DNA of 64,000 nucleotides from Nitrospirota bacterium (GCA_040758355.1 JBFLWF010000001.1:32001-96000); one strand, 5' to 3'. Shown: positions 1 to 10,385, counted from the first letter of the stretch. Notes: generated from the letters alone by a model not told the origin. Translations and numbers: made by a program.

Positions 1-805
1 ATCCGTGTCTGATGGCCCTGAATGCCTCTTTGGGGCTGAACCTGTAAAACACTAAAAGCATTAATATGGTAAAGCCGAGGGCATAATGTAGTTCTATATG
101 CACCGCCATGACCATTATGAGGATGAGCGTTACAGGCAGGAAGCTCCAAAGTGGTGAATGAGTGGATGAGTGGATGGGTGAATGGGTGAATTTTTTATAT
201 CTGTGCATCTCCGCATCTTTTATATTTCTCATGCTGAATAAAAAACCAGTGATAAAGATAAGAACAGCGTAAGTCATATTTGCTAATATCAAACTTCTGA
301 GCTCGATCTTTGTTATGGCTGAAGCAAGGAGTATTCCCGGATACAGCGGCAGTATATATTCCCACGGGTGCCTGAACCAGTAGTTTATAAAACCCTTTTC
401 CTCCGGAGACATTTTAAGACCCTTTGTCGATTCATCAACCATTGGCGCAGAGAAGTAAGCGCCACCAAGGGATGGCAGCAGTCCTATAAGCATGGGCATG
501 GAGATTATGACCGCCTTCTTTCTTTTTAATAGGTTCCTCGATGCCTCCATCATCTTTGCCAATACCTGCTTTTCCCTTAAGATTAATTCCAGTGATTTTA
601 TCAATGTGAGCGCAAAGAAGAGCTTTATTGTAACGGTATCTGTAACAGTGGATTTAATCGTTGATAATATTGTTGGAATTGGCATGAGATAAAGTATTGC
701 CAGTAGCCCCGAGGCAAGGAGCAGGACATATCCTATGTTCCACTTCAGCCTGAGGAATATGAGGATTGCTGCGAATACTACGGCGATTTTTAGTATATCG
801 AGCAT
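1..805 (-). CDS. DUF401-like multi-pass membrane protein (runs off the window start)
   Basis: Manual translation from ATG at 805: MLDILKIAVVFAAILIFLRLKWNIG...GLLPSLGGAYFSAPMV...INYWFRHPWEYILPLYPG; frame open to base 2; not in the ORF track because it is truncated. Confidence 0.75.
   Translation of the reverse strand, partial: MLDILKIAVVFAAILIFLRLKWNIGYVLLLASGLLAILYLMPIPTILSTIKSTVTDTVTIKLFFALTLIKSLELILREKQVLAKMMEASRNLLKRKKAVIISMPMLIGLLPSLGGAYFSAPMVDESTKGLKMSPEEKGFINYWFRHPWEYILPLYPGILLASAITKIELRSLILANMTYAVLIFITGFLFSMRNIKDAEMHRYKKFTHSPIHSSTHSPLWSFLPVTLILIMVMAVHIELHYALGFTILMLLVFYRFSPKEAFRAIRHG
153..220. repeat. 8-nt period repeat array, in-frame inside the DUF401-like gene
   Basis: ggtgaatg agtggatg agtggatg ggtgaatg ggtgaatt followed by atatctgt gcatctcc gcatcttt; encodes DAEMHRYKKFTHSPIHSSTHSP on the minus strand. 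Confidence 0.75.
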
Positions 806-858
806 CAGAAATTATAACATTTTGTCTTTTAACCTATCTTTTGGGTATACTTATTTTT

Positions 859-1275
859 ATGAAGAAGATAGCTGTTATAGACGGGCAGGGCGGTGGCATA
901 GGGAGCCTTATAATAAAGGGCTTGCGGGAAGAGTTCGGGGACAGCATAGAGATTATAGCCCTCGGAACAAACTCTACTGCCACAAGCTATATGATGAAGG
1001 CGCGGGCAAATAAAGGGGCTACAGGCGAAAATGCTATTATATGGAATGCAGGCAAGGTTGATACCATCACAGGCCCGTTGAGCATTGTTCTGGCAAATGG
1101 GATGCTCGGGGAGCTAACGCCAAGGATGTCCGAGGCAATAGCATCGTCGCCTGCAAAAAAATTTCTGATCCCATTGAACCAGGAAGGGGTAGAAGTAATA
1201 GGAATCATAAAGGAGCCGCTTCCGCACCTGATAGAAAAACTTATAGAACGTATTAAGGAGGATTTGTATGTGTGA
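859..1275 (+). CDS. DUF3842 family protein
   Basis: MKKIAVIDGQGGGIG...ALGTNSTATSYMMKARANKGATGENA; start moved to ATG 859, 7 nt after TATACT. Confidence 0.8.
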   Translation: MKKIAVIDGQGGGIGSLIIKGLREEFGDSIEIIALGTNSTATSYMMKARANKGATGENAIIWNAGKVDTITGPLSIVLANGMLGELTPRMSEAIASSPAKKFLIPLNQEGVEVIGIIKEPLPHLIEKLIERIKEDLYV

Positions 1276-1462
1276 GGCAAATGCATATATTTATAAAGAC
1301 GGCAAGGAGGATCTCTACCTCGAAAATGTCGATGTCCTGATCCCCGAAGGCAGCAAGATATATCTCAGAAACCTCTTTGGTGAGCAAAAAACATTTGAGG
1401 GTTATATCAAAGAAATATCCCTTCTCAGGCATAAGATAGTTCTGGAAGAAGCAAAAGACTGA
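1268..1462 (+). CDS. CooT family nickel-binding protein
   Basis: 64 aa, MCEANAY N-terminus (Cys2), LFGEQK and LLRHKIVL motifs. Confidence 0.75.
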   Translation: MCEANAYIYKDGKEDLYLENVDVLIPEGSKIYLRNLFGEQKTFEGYIKEISLLRHKIVLEEAKD

Positions 1463-2311
1463 ATGACTTCTATTTGGAGGTTTATAGATTCAGGGGCGTT
1501 CGATGCCGCATACAACATGGCACTCGATGAGGCTATTGCAATCTCTGTAAGAAACGGAGAAGCGCCTCCAACCCTTAGATTATATGGATGGGAGGCTCCC
1601 TCGGTAAGCCTCGGTTCTTTCCAAAAGATAGTCGACATTGATATTGAATACTGCATAAACAATAACATTCCTGTTGTCAGAAGGCCAACCGGAGGCAGGG
1701 GAATCCTTCATGGAGATGAGCTTACATACAGCTTTTCTGCAAGGAATGAAGGAGATTTTTCAGGCGGTCTTTTAGAAACCTATCGTAGATTGAGCATTGC
1801 ATTTCAATCAGCACTGCATCAAATGGGCTTGAATGCGGCAATGAAAATGGAAAGGGAATCAGGAACGAATCTTACGAGGAACCCCCTCTGTTTTAAATCC
1901 ACATCATATGGTGAGATAAGCCTTGACGGAAGAAAGCTCATAGGCTCGGCGCAGAAGAGATGGAACGACGGATTTCTGCAGCAGGGATCGATACCCTATT
2001 CCATAGATTACGAGAAAATCACTTCGGTTTTTAAAACCAGCACTCCAACACTCCAATACTCCAAGCAGGAAATTATTGGGCTTAAGGAATTAATTGCAGG
2101 TTTCGATTCCGGAGGTTTTAAGGAAGCGATCAAATCATCTTTTGAAAAGACCTTCAGTATTACCCTTGCTGACTCTCATCCGTCTCCTCAGGAGCAGGAG
2201 CTTGCCCTTCTTCTATTATCCGAGAAGTACCAGAATCCTCAATGGACTCAGGGGACAGCAAAGAATATCCGGTCTTGTAATAATAGTGAAATATCGAGGA
2301 AAGCATTATAA
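1463..2311 (+). CDS. Lipoate-protein ligase A / octanoyltransferase (LipM-like) family protein
   Basis: NMALDEA, PTLRLYGW, VVRRPTGGRGILH and KLIGSAQ motifs. Confidence 0.85.
   Translation: MTSIWRFIDSGAFDAAYNMALDEAIAISVRNGEAPPTLRLYGWEAPSVSLGSFQKIVDIDIEYCINNNIPVVRRPTGGRGILHGDELTYSFSARNEGDFSGGLLETYRRLSIAFQSALHQMGLNAAMKMERESGTNLTRNPLCFKSTSYGEISLDGRKLIGSAQKRWNDGFLQQGSIPYSIDYEKITSVFKTSTPTLQYSKQEIIGLKELIAGFDSGGFKEAIKSSFEKTFSITLADSHPSPQEQELALLLLSEKYQNPQWTQGTAKNIRSCNNSEISRKAL
2041..2064. repeat. 8-nt unit x3 (24 nt, frame-preserving) inside the lipoate ligase gene
   Basis: cactccaa cactccaa tactccaa, encoding TPTLQYSK. Confidence 0.7.
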
Positions 2312-3167
2312 GGCTCACATAACCCTGTATGACATACGTGATGAGCTGATACGGCAGTGATAGTATAGGACCGATTATCGGTATCAATGTGAACGGCGAG
2401 CCAATTAGAATAACTAAAAATCCCACCATCATATATCCAAGCAGCAGAACAACGTAAAAGCCTATTGAAGAAGGCCTGGAATAAATGTACTTCGCAGTTT
2501 CCTTTATTGTTTCCCATGCCATTGATCTATGAAATGCCAGATGGGCGATTCCGTATGTGGTTATTGAAAGCGTGACTATTATCAAAAATACGCCTACAGA
2601 AAGAATTACCAGGGAAAAGAACACGCCGAGGAACAGGGCAAGTGTTGCCTCCCTGCTCTTTGCCATTTCAATGATTGTTGATGCACCGCCGCCGAGAAGT
2701 CCGAGCATGAAAGCGAGGGTTATGAATGCAATACCGATTATGGTTGAAAAGAAAAATACAGGGAAGAAGAAATTCCTGCCTTCTGCAAAAAATGCCTTAA
2801 GGTTAAATCTATAGGCTGCATCTATAATATTATTTTTTAAAACACCTATTGTCCCGCTGATGGTGAATATCCATAAAACAATAATGAATGCGAGGTATAT
2901 GAGAAGGCTCAGTATTACCACTATCGCCATGGCAAAATATTTACTTAACAGTTCTGCAGACCCTTTGAATGCGCTCACCAGATCCTTGAGCCTCAGGATT
3001 TCTGTGAGGTCGAGTCCGAACATGATAAATGCGATGGCAATGGGTATCCCAACGATGGTGAAAAAACCTATACAGCTCAGGAGCATGGATGCAAACTGGA
3101 TGAGTATCAACTGCCAGTTTTTATGGACAGTGCGTATGCCTTCTTTTATGGTAGAGAGGTAAGACAT
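2160..3167 (-). CDS. Uncharacterised multi-pass membrane protein, last gene of the lpx/bam operon
   Basis: 335 aa with several long hydrophobic segments; starts 3 nt after the lpxI stop. Confidence 0.7.
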   Translation of the reverse strand: MSYLSTIKEGIRTVHKNWQLILIQFASMLLSCIGFFTIVGIPIAIAFIMFGLDLTEILRLKDLVSAFKGSAELLSKYFAMAIVVILSLLIYLAFIIVLWIFTISGTIGVLKNNIIDAAYRFNLKAFFAEGRNFFFPVFFFSTIIGIAFITLAFMLGLLGGGASTIIEMAKSREATLALFLGVFFSLVILSVGVFLIIVTLSITTYGIAHLAFHRSMAWETIKETAKYIYSRPSSIGFYVVLLLGYMMVGFLVILIGSPFTLIPIIGPILSLPYQLITYVIQGYVSLIMLSSIFHYYYKTGYSLLSPESIEDSGTSRIIEEGQAPAPEETDESQQG

Positions 3168-3170
3168 TTA

Positions 3171-4013
3171 TCAATGTTTGGCGTGAGGGATCTTCTTTGC
3201 GATTTTTTCATGGGAGATTCCCACGATCGAAATCCCTGACTCTTCCGCTTCTTTAATCAGCCGTTCCCTGTTCACGATCATGCTCCTCTGCGCTTCAACT
3301 GCAATGACCCTGGCCCTTACTTCAACCATGGACTTAAGGGTGTCGAGCCCTATAACAGGAACATCAAGCCTCATGTCCTGGTGCGGTTTGGAGACCTTAA
3401 TCACTACAGCCCCTTCTCCCGAGAGTTTTCCTCCCCTGAGTATTGCCTCATCAGTTCCCTCTATTGCCTCCACTGCCATCACAGCCTGTCCTTTCACAAC
3501 AACAGTCTGACCGATATCCAGCCTGCCTATTTCCTTTGCTATCCTCCAGCCGAACTCTATGTCCTTCCATTCGTCCATTGCTGGAGGGTCGTCTGTCAGC
3601 ACACCCTCAGGCGTGAGGAGGTGAGGGCTGAAGGTCGGAGTGTCTATTACATGGATGCCCTCTTTTTCGAGCTCCTTTGTTATTGCATTGAGTATGGAAT
3701 CGTCGCTTTTGTCCTTGAGGGAAAAGAGCAGTTTCACTGCCCTCAGGTCAGGTGTGAGCTTCGATTTGTAGAGAAGGGTTTTTGAGACCTTCCCTGCCAT
3801 AATTGCCTCTTTTACATCAAATTCCTTCAGGGTGTCTATCAATTCGCCCAATTTCCCCACATTAATCCATTTTATTTCATCGGATACCCTGTTGAGGTCA
3901 GGTGAAGCAAGATTTTCGAGGGCTATGGTAATGACCTTAAAACCGCGCTCCCTCGCATCCCTGGCTATTATCTTAGGGAGATCTCCTGTTCCAGCAATAA
4001 TGCCTATCTGCAT
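3171..4013 (-). CDS. lpxI: UDP-2,3-diacylglucosamine hydrolase LpxI (DUF1009)
   Basis: IGIIAGTGDLP, LDIGQTVVV, AVEAIEGTD and QDMRLDVPVIG motifs; follows lpxA. Confidence 0.9.
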   Translation of the reverse strand: MQIGIIAGTGDLPKIIARDARERGFKVITIALENLASPDLNRVSDEIKWINVGKLGELIDTLKEFDVKEAIMAGKVSKTLLYKSKLTPDLRAVKLLFSLKDKSDDSILNAITKELEKEGIHVIDTPTFSPHLLTPEGVLTDDPPAMDEWKDIEFGWRIAKEIGRLDIGQTVVVKGQAVMAVEAIEGTDEAILRGGKLSGEGAVVIKVSKPHQDMRLDVPVIGLDTLKSMVEVRARVIAVEAQRSMIVNRERLIKEAEESGISIVGISHEKIAKKIPHAKH

Positions 4014-4783
4014 ATTCCCCGTTTATTTTTTTCTATGAATTCCAGCAGATGTTTTATTTCAGGGGTTTCAGGCAGCTCCGATTTTATCTTCTTCAATGCC
4101 TCTTTCAATGTCCGCTTTTCCCTGAAGAGGATTTTATATGCCTTTTTGAGGGTATTGATGGCCTCATCAGAGAAGCCGTGCCTTTTAAGACCTATTGCAT
4201 TCAGTCCGTACAATTTTGCCCTGGCTCCAGATGCCATGGTATACGGAGGTATGTCCTGCCCTATACCGCTGAAGCCTCCTACCATGGAATATGCGCCTAT
4301 ACGTGTATACTGATGAACAGCCACAAGCCCGCCTATTACTGCATAATCCTCTACATGAACATGACCTGCAAGAGTGGCTGCATTTGCCATAACCGTAGAA
4401 TTGCCGATCTTGCAATCATGGGCTATATGCACATATGCCATAAGGAAATTCGAATCTCCTACTTCTGTAAGTCCATCTCCACCAACAGATGCCCTGTGAA
4501 TCGATGAATATTCCCTGATGATATTCTTCTTCCCGATCTTTACCCCGGTCTTTTCGTTTTTGTATTTGAGGTCCTGAGGAGGAACCCCGATAGTCGCAAA
4601 AGGATGAATTATGCAACCCTCTCCTATTTCCGTACTCCCTTCGACAACTGCATTGGAAATGAGCCTTGTCCCACTTTTTATTACAACCCCTTCGCCTACC
4701 GTACAAAAAGGGCCTATATGAACATCTTCATCGATATCTGCCTTTGAACTCACAATTGCCGTTTTGTGTATATCCTTTGACAT
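4004..4783 (-). CDS. lpxA: UDP-N-acetylglucosamine acyltransferase LpxA
   Basis: Hexapeptide repeats, PQDLKY, HIAHDC, LAGHV; GGAGGA RBS before ATG 4783. Confidence 0.95.
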   Translation of the reverse strand: MSKDIHKTAIVSSKADIDEDVHIGPFCTVGEGVVIKSGTRLISNAVVEGSTEIGEGCIIHPFATIGVPPQDLKYKNEKTGVKIGKKNIIREYSSIHRASVGGDGLTEVGDSNFLMAYVHIAHDCKIGNSTVMANAATLAGHVHVEDYAVIGGLVAVHQYTRIGAYSMVGGFSGIGQDIPPYTMASGARAKLYGLNAIGLKRHGFSDEAINTLKKAYKILFREKRTLKEALKKIKSELPETPEIKHLLEFIEKNKRGICR

Positions 4784-4799
4784 TAATCCTCCTATCTCT

Positions 4800-5222
4800 C
4801 TATGCGGCAACCATGGCGGTGAATTCAGCCTCTGATTTTAACTGGTCGCCGGCAAAGGCATTGCCGGAAAACTTCCATACATTACCTCTTTTGTGAATAA
4901 CCTGTACCTCCAACCTGAGCTGATCGCCAGGAACTACAGGCTTCCTGAACTTTACCTTTTCGATGCTCATAAAATAGACGTTTTTTCCTTCTGCTCCGGA
5001 TTTAAATGCCATAATTCCTGCTACCTGAGCCAGCGCCTCTACAATTAACACTCCTGGCATTACAGGATTATTCGGGAAGTGTCCCTGAAAAAAGGGCTCG
5101 TTAATAGTCACATTCTTGATCCCTACTGCCCTGACTTCGGGTTCAAACTCCACGACCCTGTCAACAAGCAAAAAAGGGTATCTGTGAGGAAGTACGGAAA
5201 ATATTTCTTTAATGTCTACCAT
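4800..5222 (-). CDS. fabZ: 3-hydroxyacyl-ACP dehydratase FabZ
   Basis: [32 protein letters not shown]. Confidence 0.95.
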   Translation of the reverse strand: MVDIKEIFSVLPHRYPFLLVDRVVEFEPEVRAVGIKNVTINEPFFQGHFPNNPVMPGVLIVEALAQVAGIMAFKSGAEGKNVYFMSIEKVKFRKPVVPGDQLRLEVQVIHKRGNVWKFSGNAFAGDQLKSEAEFTAMVAA

Positions 5223-5238
5223 TTTCCCTCCATTAAAA

Positions 5239-5331
5239 GTTTATGAGGAAATGGGTAAATGAGTTTATGAGTAAAAACATTTCACTTATATACCCTTTTG
5301 CTCATTCACTCATCTACTCACTTACCCATTA
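5239..5331. repeat. Inverted pair of 8-nt period arrays between lpxD and fabZ
   Basis: gtttatga ggaaatgg gtaaatga gtttatga gtaaaaac ... gctcattc actcatct actcactt acccatta. Confidence 0.85.
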
Positions 5332-5332
5332 G

Positions 5333-6331
5333 CTACTTAATTTTTTCTTCGAGTTCTTTTATCTTTTTATGTAATTCAGGCAGCTTCGCAAATACTGCCA
5401 TTGCTTTTAACCACTCCCTGTGCGGCATTGGCAGTATCCCTGAATATGCGTTCCTCTTCATTTCTCCCATGGCGCCGCCTTTTGCCCCTATCATTGTGCC
5501 GGCTTCTACGGTGGTATGGTCAGCAACGCCAACCTGACCGCCGAGTATCACCCCATCTCCTATCTTAGAGCTTCCGGCTATTCCCACTTGAGCTACTAAT
5601 ATAACATTTTTACCGACAGTTACGTTATGACCTATCTGTACGAGGTTATCTATTTTTGTTCCTTTGCTAATGACGGTATTGCCGGTTGTTGCCCTGTCGA
5701 TTGTCACATTGGCGCCGATCTCAACATCATCTTCTATTATAACACCGCCGACCTGCGGTATTTTCTGGTGCATGCCCTCTTCAAAGACATATCCAAAGCC
5801 GTCTGAGCCGATGACAGCATTTGCATGAATGATGACCCTGCTGCCTATGGCAACACCTTCCCTGATTGCCACATTCGGGTATATCAGGCATTTCTCTCCA
5901 ACACTGCTGTTCTCGCCGATAAATGCACCGGGATAAATGACTGTTCCAGAGCCTATATTTACACCATCAGATATATATGCAAATGGATAGATCGTGACAT
6001 CCTGCCCCATAATGGCAGTGTCGGATACAAAGGCATTTTTGCTGATACCCGAGCATGGATGAGGCTTTACGTAAAATCGGGATAAAAGTTGTGCGAATGC
6101 ATAATGAGGATTTTTTGCAATTATCTGCGGTATTTCCAAACCTGCGACAGGTCTTTTTACTATGACCGCTGACGCTCTGCTGCTTTTAAGCTCATTCAAA
6201 AGTTTTGTGCCGGATAGAAATGTAATGTCTCCCTCTTTTGCATCGGAAATACCGGCAGCACCTGCTATCTCAACATCCTCGCCTCCAATAATTTCTCCAC
6301 CGATTAAATCTGCGATTTCTTTAAGCTTCAT
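5333..6331 (-). CDS. lpxD: UDP-3-O-acylglucosamine N-acyltransferase LpxD
   Basis: IGSDGFGY, KIPQVGGV, IDRAT, KIDNLVQIGHN; hexapeptide repeats. Confidence 0.95.
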   Translation of the reverse strand: MKLKEIADLIGGEIIGGEDVEIAGAAGISDAKEGDITFLSGTKLLNELKSSRASAVIVKRPVAGLEIPQIIAKNPHYAFAQLLSRFYVKPHPCSGISKNAFVSDTAIMGQDVTIYPFAYISDGVNIGSGTVIYPGAFIGENSSVGEKCLIYPNVAIREGVAIGSRVIIHANAVIGSDGFGYVFEEGMHQKIPQVGGVIIEDDVEIGANVTIDRATTGNTVISKGTKIDNLVQIGHNVTVGKNVILVAQVGIAGSSKIGDGVILGGQVGVADHTTVEAGTMIGAKGGAMGEMKRNAYSGILPMPHREWLKAMAVFAKLPELHKKIKELEEKIK

Positions 6332-6336
6332 TTCAT

Positions 6337-6876
6337 CTATTTCTTGCCTGCCTTTGACTCGTTATACCTCTTTATCACCTTGTCCGTAAGGTCGAGGGAT
6401 TTGTTTGCGTACAGTACAAGGCCTTCAGCATGCTCCAGTATTAAGGTGTATCCCTCCTCCTGGGCGATCTTGTTGATCATTTCCCTTAAATCCTTAAGTA
6501 TCTCCCCTGTTAATTCTCCCTCCTTTTTTTTGACCTCTGCCTGGGAATCAGCCACTATTCTCTGGTAATCCCTGATAAGGCGCTCCAATTCCTCTTCCTT
6601 TGCCTTCTTTGCCTCGGGAGATATGATGGCTGCCTGTTTTTCAAACTCTGTCCTCAGCTTTTCGATATTCTTCCCCTTTTCTTCTATAGATGCCTGTTTG
6701 GACTTTATCAATGACTCGAGATCGGTCTTTGCCCTTTTGCCTGACTCTGACTCATTTAGTGCCTTCAGAAGGTCAACAATGCCGATCTTGAGCGTCTCTG
6801 CATCGGATGTCTTTGGAATCATGCCTGCTGCAAGCAGGCAAAGCCCCACGAGTATAACAACCAGAAATTTTTTCAT
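6337..6876 (-). CDS. skp: OmpH/Skp periplasmic chaperone
   Basis: Signal peptide, KIGIVD, coiled coil, DLTDKVI C-terminus; lies between bamA and lpxD; start at ATG 6876 after GGAGG. Confidence 0.9.
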   Translation of the reverse strand: MKKFLVVILVGLCLLAAGMIPKTSDAETLKIGIVDLLKALNESESGKRAKTDLESLIKSKQASIEEKGKNIEKLRTEFEKQAAIISPEAKKAKEEELERLIRDYQRIVADSQAEVKKKEGELTGEILKDLREMINKIAQEEGYTLILEHAEGLVLYANKSLDLTDKVIKRYNESKAGKK

Positions 6877-6894
6877 TTTATCCTCCATTTTTTA

Positions 6895-6980
6895 GTTAAT
6901 GAGTAAATGAGTGAATAAGTGAATGAGTTAAAAACCTCATCTACCCATCTACTCATTTACCCATTCACTCATTTACCGTC
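6895..6980. repeat. Inverted pair of 8-nt period arrays between bamA and skp
   Basis: gttaatga gtaaatga gtgaataa gtgaatga gttaaaaa | cctcatct acccatct actcattt acccattc actcattt. Confidence 0.9.
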
Positions 6981-6981
6981 T

Positions 6982-9237
6982 CTAAAAGAATGAACCGAAT
7001 GTAAATTCCACCTTACTTGCTGATTCCCCCGCCCTTTTATCCAGATTATAACCCCACTCTATCCTGATAGGCCCCATTGGTGATATCCACCGTATGCCCG
7101 CACCTGTGGTATATCTGAGATCGCTGCCCAATGCCTCGCCTTTATCGTATGCCCTACCTGCGTCGAAAAATACGAGACCTTTGAACTTTAATTCCGACAC
7201 AATCGGAAATATGTACTCTGCGTTGAATACCAATTGCTTTTCTCCACCTATTGCCTCTCCATTTGGGTCTTTTGGACCTGCATCGCCGTATCCGAGACCG
7301 CGGACAGTGTAGATGCCGCCGACATAATATCTCTCATAAAGTGGAAGTTTTTTGCCGAACAAAGCACTTGCATACCCTGCCCTTCCACGCAGGTGCACGG
7401 TAGTCACATCGAATACAGGAAAGTACCAGCCAGAATCCAGAAGCCCTTTGAGGAAGGCGTTTGTTCCGCCTAAACCGGCAAAGGTTAGGGATGCTGCATT
7501 TTTTGAGCCGCTCAATGGGTCGAGATGATTATCCCTTGTGTCCCTTCCAACAGATGTAGTTATGCTGCTCGTTGATTGTGTGCCTTCCTGATCTTTTATT
7601 GTTGTGGATGCATCGGGCCTTACATTAAATATCTTTGTCTTTTCATAGTTGTAGGATACGGATGCGCCCCAGTATTCCCAGAAACTCTTTCCGAAAGATA
7701 CCTCAAAACCCGTAGAGTTTCTCTCGAAGTTACCGTACTTTCTCGATGTCTTATAGATGCTTGTGCCAAAGGATATGGGCTTGTCCATGAACCACGGGTC
7801 TCTGAAAGAGAGTTCATAAAAAGAACTCCTGCCGCCGAGCTCTCCACGGAGCTTTATATACTGCCCTTTACCGAACAGGTTGCCCTGTGTTATGTCCACC
7901 ATTGCCACGAACTTATCTATGGAACTGTAACCGCCACCCACGCTTAAAAATCCTGTGGGTTTATCTTTTACCTTTACATCGAGGTCAACGAGTTTTTCCT
8001 CTGGTCTTGGTTTCGGTGAAATTTCAACTGCCTCAAAAAACTGGAGGTTATTAAGTCTTTCATAACTTCTCTTCAGGGCAGAGGCATTAAATGTATCGCC
8101 CTCATCGAGTCTTATCTCTCTCCGTATTACCTTATCCCGTGTCTTTGTATTGCCTGATATTTCTATCTTTCCTATCTTATATTTATCGCCTTCATCAATT
8201 CTGTAAACCACCCTTGTCTCTTTTGTTTCTTCGTTTGGTATGAGGTCTGGGCTAATGACAACAAGGGCATATCCGTTATTTGAGTACTGGTCTGTAATTG
8301 CAGATACATCTTTACGTAATATTTCTTTATTGAAGATAGTCTTTGGAGAAAGTTTTATCAGCTTCCGCAATTCTTCTTCAGAAAATGCCTTGTTGCCTGA
8401 AAGCTCTACAGATGAGACCCTGAACTGTTCTCCCTCGGCAACCTGTATTGTAATCCTCATTCCTTCCTTATCGGCTGTAAGCTGGATCTTCGGTTCTCCG
8501 ACGGTAACCTTTATATATCCATTGTTGTAATAAAGGTCTTTAATTCTTTCCAGATCAGCCTTCATTTCATCTTTTTTATAATATCCTCCGCCTAAAATAA
8601 ATGAGAACAAACCCCTTTCGCTTGTCTTCATCGCACCTTTGATCTTGCCGGCAGAGAGTGCTTTATTGCCTTCTATTTTTATCTCCTTTATCTTTACCTT
8701 TTCGCCTTCCTCTATCTGATATGTTACTGCAACTTCCCCCTCCTCTGCTTTTTTTACAACAGGAACTACCTTGGCAAGATAGTATCCCTCATCTTCGTAA
8801 AATTTCTTCAGTTTTACTGCATTGTCATTAATCAGGGTTACATCCGATATCGCACCCGGAGTTAATGCGATCTTGTCTTTCAAATCCTCATCTTTGTATT
8901 TTTTGTTTCCCTGAAACTCCACCTTTACGATGGTCGGTTTTTCTTTAACAACGAAGATAACCTTTATCCCCCCTTCGAAGGGTTCTATCTCAACCTTCAC
9001 GTCATCGAAATAACCCATTTTATATATGGTCTTTATGTCCTCCGTGGTCTTTTCCTGGGACAGGGGCTCTCCGATTTTCTGTGACACCTTTGCCTTGATG
9101 GAACCTTCCTCGATGCGTTTAAGCCCTTTTACTCCGATGGCTGTTACGATTGGAAGCTCTTCAGCAAAGGATTTGCCGATTATCAGTGCAGTCAGTAATA
9201 ATATTACAACCGGGACTACTCCATTCCTCTTCTTCAT
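6982..9237 (-). CDS. bamA: Outer membrane protein assembly factor BamA
   Basis: POTRA repeats (GNTKTRDKVIRRE), VRG lid motif, W.SPMGP, C-terminal Phe. Confidence 0.95.
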   Translation of the reverse strand: MKKRNGVVPVVILLLTALIIGKSFAEELPIVTAIGVKGLKRIEEGSIKAKVSQKIGEPLSQEKTTEDIKTIYKMGYFDDVKVEIEPFEGGIKVIFVVKEKPTIVKVEFQGNKKYKDEDLKDKIALTPGAISDVTLINDNAVKLKKFYEDEGYYLAKVVPVVKKAEEGEVAVTYQIEEGEKVKIKEIKIEGNKALSAGKIKGAMKTSERGLFSFILGGGYYKKDEMKADLERIKDLYYNNGYIKVTVGEPKIQLTADKEGMRITIQVAEGEQFRVSSVELSGNKAFSEEELRKLIKLSPKTIFNKEILRKDVSAITDQYSNNGYALVVISPDLIPNEETKETRVVYRIDEGDKYKIGKIEISGNTKTRDKVIRREIRLDEGDTFNASALKRSYERLNNLQFFEAVEISPKPRPEEKLVDLDVKVKDKPTGFLSVGGGYSSIDKFVAMVDITQGNLFGKGQYIKLRGELGGRSSFYELSFRDPWFMDKPISFGTSIYKTSRKYGNFERNSTGFEVSFGKSFWEYWGASVSYNYEKTKIFNVRPDASTTIKDQEGTQSTSSITTSVGRDTRDNHLDPLSGSKNAASLTFAGLGGTNAFLKGLLDSGWYFPVFDVTTVHLRGRAGYASALFGKKLPLYERYYVGGIYTVRGLGYGDAGPKDPNGEAIGGEKQLVFNAEYIFPIVSELKFKGLVFFDAGRAYDKGEALGSDLRYTTGAGIRWISPMGPIRIEWGYNLDKRAGESASKVEFTFGSFF

Positions 9238-9448
9238 ATATCCTCCACCTTGGAAAAAACTTTCTTGAGGAATCTTTTTATCTTTTAAAAAGCGCTGAAA
9301 ACAACCGTTCTAATTAAATTGAAGGTTAGTATAACACAATTTATACCAAAAAAAATCCACAAAATATGCTCTATGACCCTCCAGTCTGGTATAATAAATA
9401 GATTCCCAAAAATTCCCCGGAAAATTCTTTTGGCAAGAGGAGAAGATA

Positions 9449-10384
9449 ATGGCAAAAAACTATGCCATCGGCGTAGACATTGGCGGTACCAATATAAGGG
9501 CTGCATTGATTAACAGCAGCGGCGAGGTGGAATCGAAGGCAAAGGAATCAACCGGCAGCAAACCCGTTGCGGGTATTCATAAGCTTATAGATTCCATGTA
9601 TTCAAGGCATGCAAAACAGGTATGCGGCATAGGGATTGCCGTTGCAGGAATAATCGACAGGGATGCTGGCACTGTCTTGAGGTCGCCTAACATTTCAGGA
9701 CTTACTGGTGTGAATCTGGAATCAGAGATCAAAAGCCGATATAAGACCTGTGTTGTTATGGAAAATGATGCCAATGCTGCTGCCTATGGAGAAAAGTGCG
9801 CAGGGGCTGGAAGGGATTTCAAAGACTTTGTAATCCTCACGCTGGGCACCGGTATCGGCGGCGGCATAGTAATGAACAATAAATTGCTGCCTGTGGCAGC
9901 AGAAGCGGGGCACATGAGCATCAAAGCCGATGGGCAGCCGTGTGCCTGCGGCAACGTGGGATGCCTTGAATCCTATGCATCGGCAAGCGCTATTATAGGG
10001 AATGCCGTATCCGAAATAGAAAAAGGAAGCAGCAGTATCTTAAAAAGCATGTACAATGGAAATTTTTATAAAATCAATGCCGAAGATATCTATAAAGCCG
10101 CCCTTGAGGGAGATCCACTGTCAAGGACAGTCCTGAGGGAGGCTGGAAAGAGCCTCGGCATAGGCCTTGCCAATCTGGTAAACATATTAAGCCCAGATGC
10201 AATTATTCTTACAGGAGGACTTTTAGGTGCATGGAACATCTATGTTGAAGCAGCAATACAGGAGGCTTCAAAAAGGGCATTGAAAGAACTTTACAACAAG
10301 GTAAAAATAATTCCTTCATCTTTAGGGGACAACGCAGGCATTATTGGTGCGGCTAAACTTGTTTTTGAGGAGTGCAGGATTTAA
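9449..10384 (+). CDS. ROK family sugar kinase (glucokinase-like)
   Basis: [38 protein letters not shown]. Confidence 0.9.
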   Translation: MAKNYAIGVDIGGTNIRAALINSSGEVESKAKESTGSKPVAGIHKLIDSMYSRHAKQVCGIGIAVAGIIDRDAGTVLRSPNISGLTGVNLESEIKSRYKTCVVMENDANAAAYGEKCAGAGRDFKDFVILTLGTGIGGGIVMNNKLLPVAAEAGHMSIKADGQPCACGNVGCLESYASASAIIGNAVSEIEKGSSSILKSMYNGNFYKINAEDIYKAALEGDPLSRTVLREAGKSLGIGLANLVNILSPDAIILTGGLLGAWNIYVEAAIQEASKRALKELYNKVKIIPSSLGDNAGIIGAAKLVFEECRI

Positions 10385-10385
10385 T

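Noticed and set aside
766..858. N-terminal extension of the DUF3842 ORF
   Set aside because: It overlaps the divergent DUF401-like start and promoters; the family-like sequence begins at ATG 859.
5239..6980. CRISPR array interpretation of the short repeats
   Set aside because: Units are 7-8 nt, directly tandem, with no unique spacers, and no cas genes are in the window.
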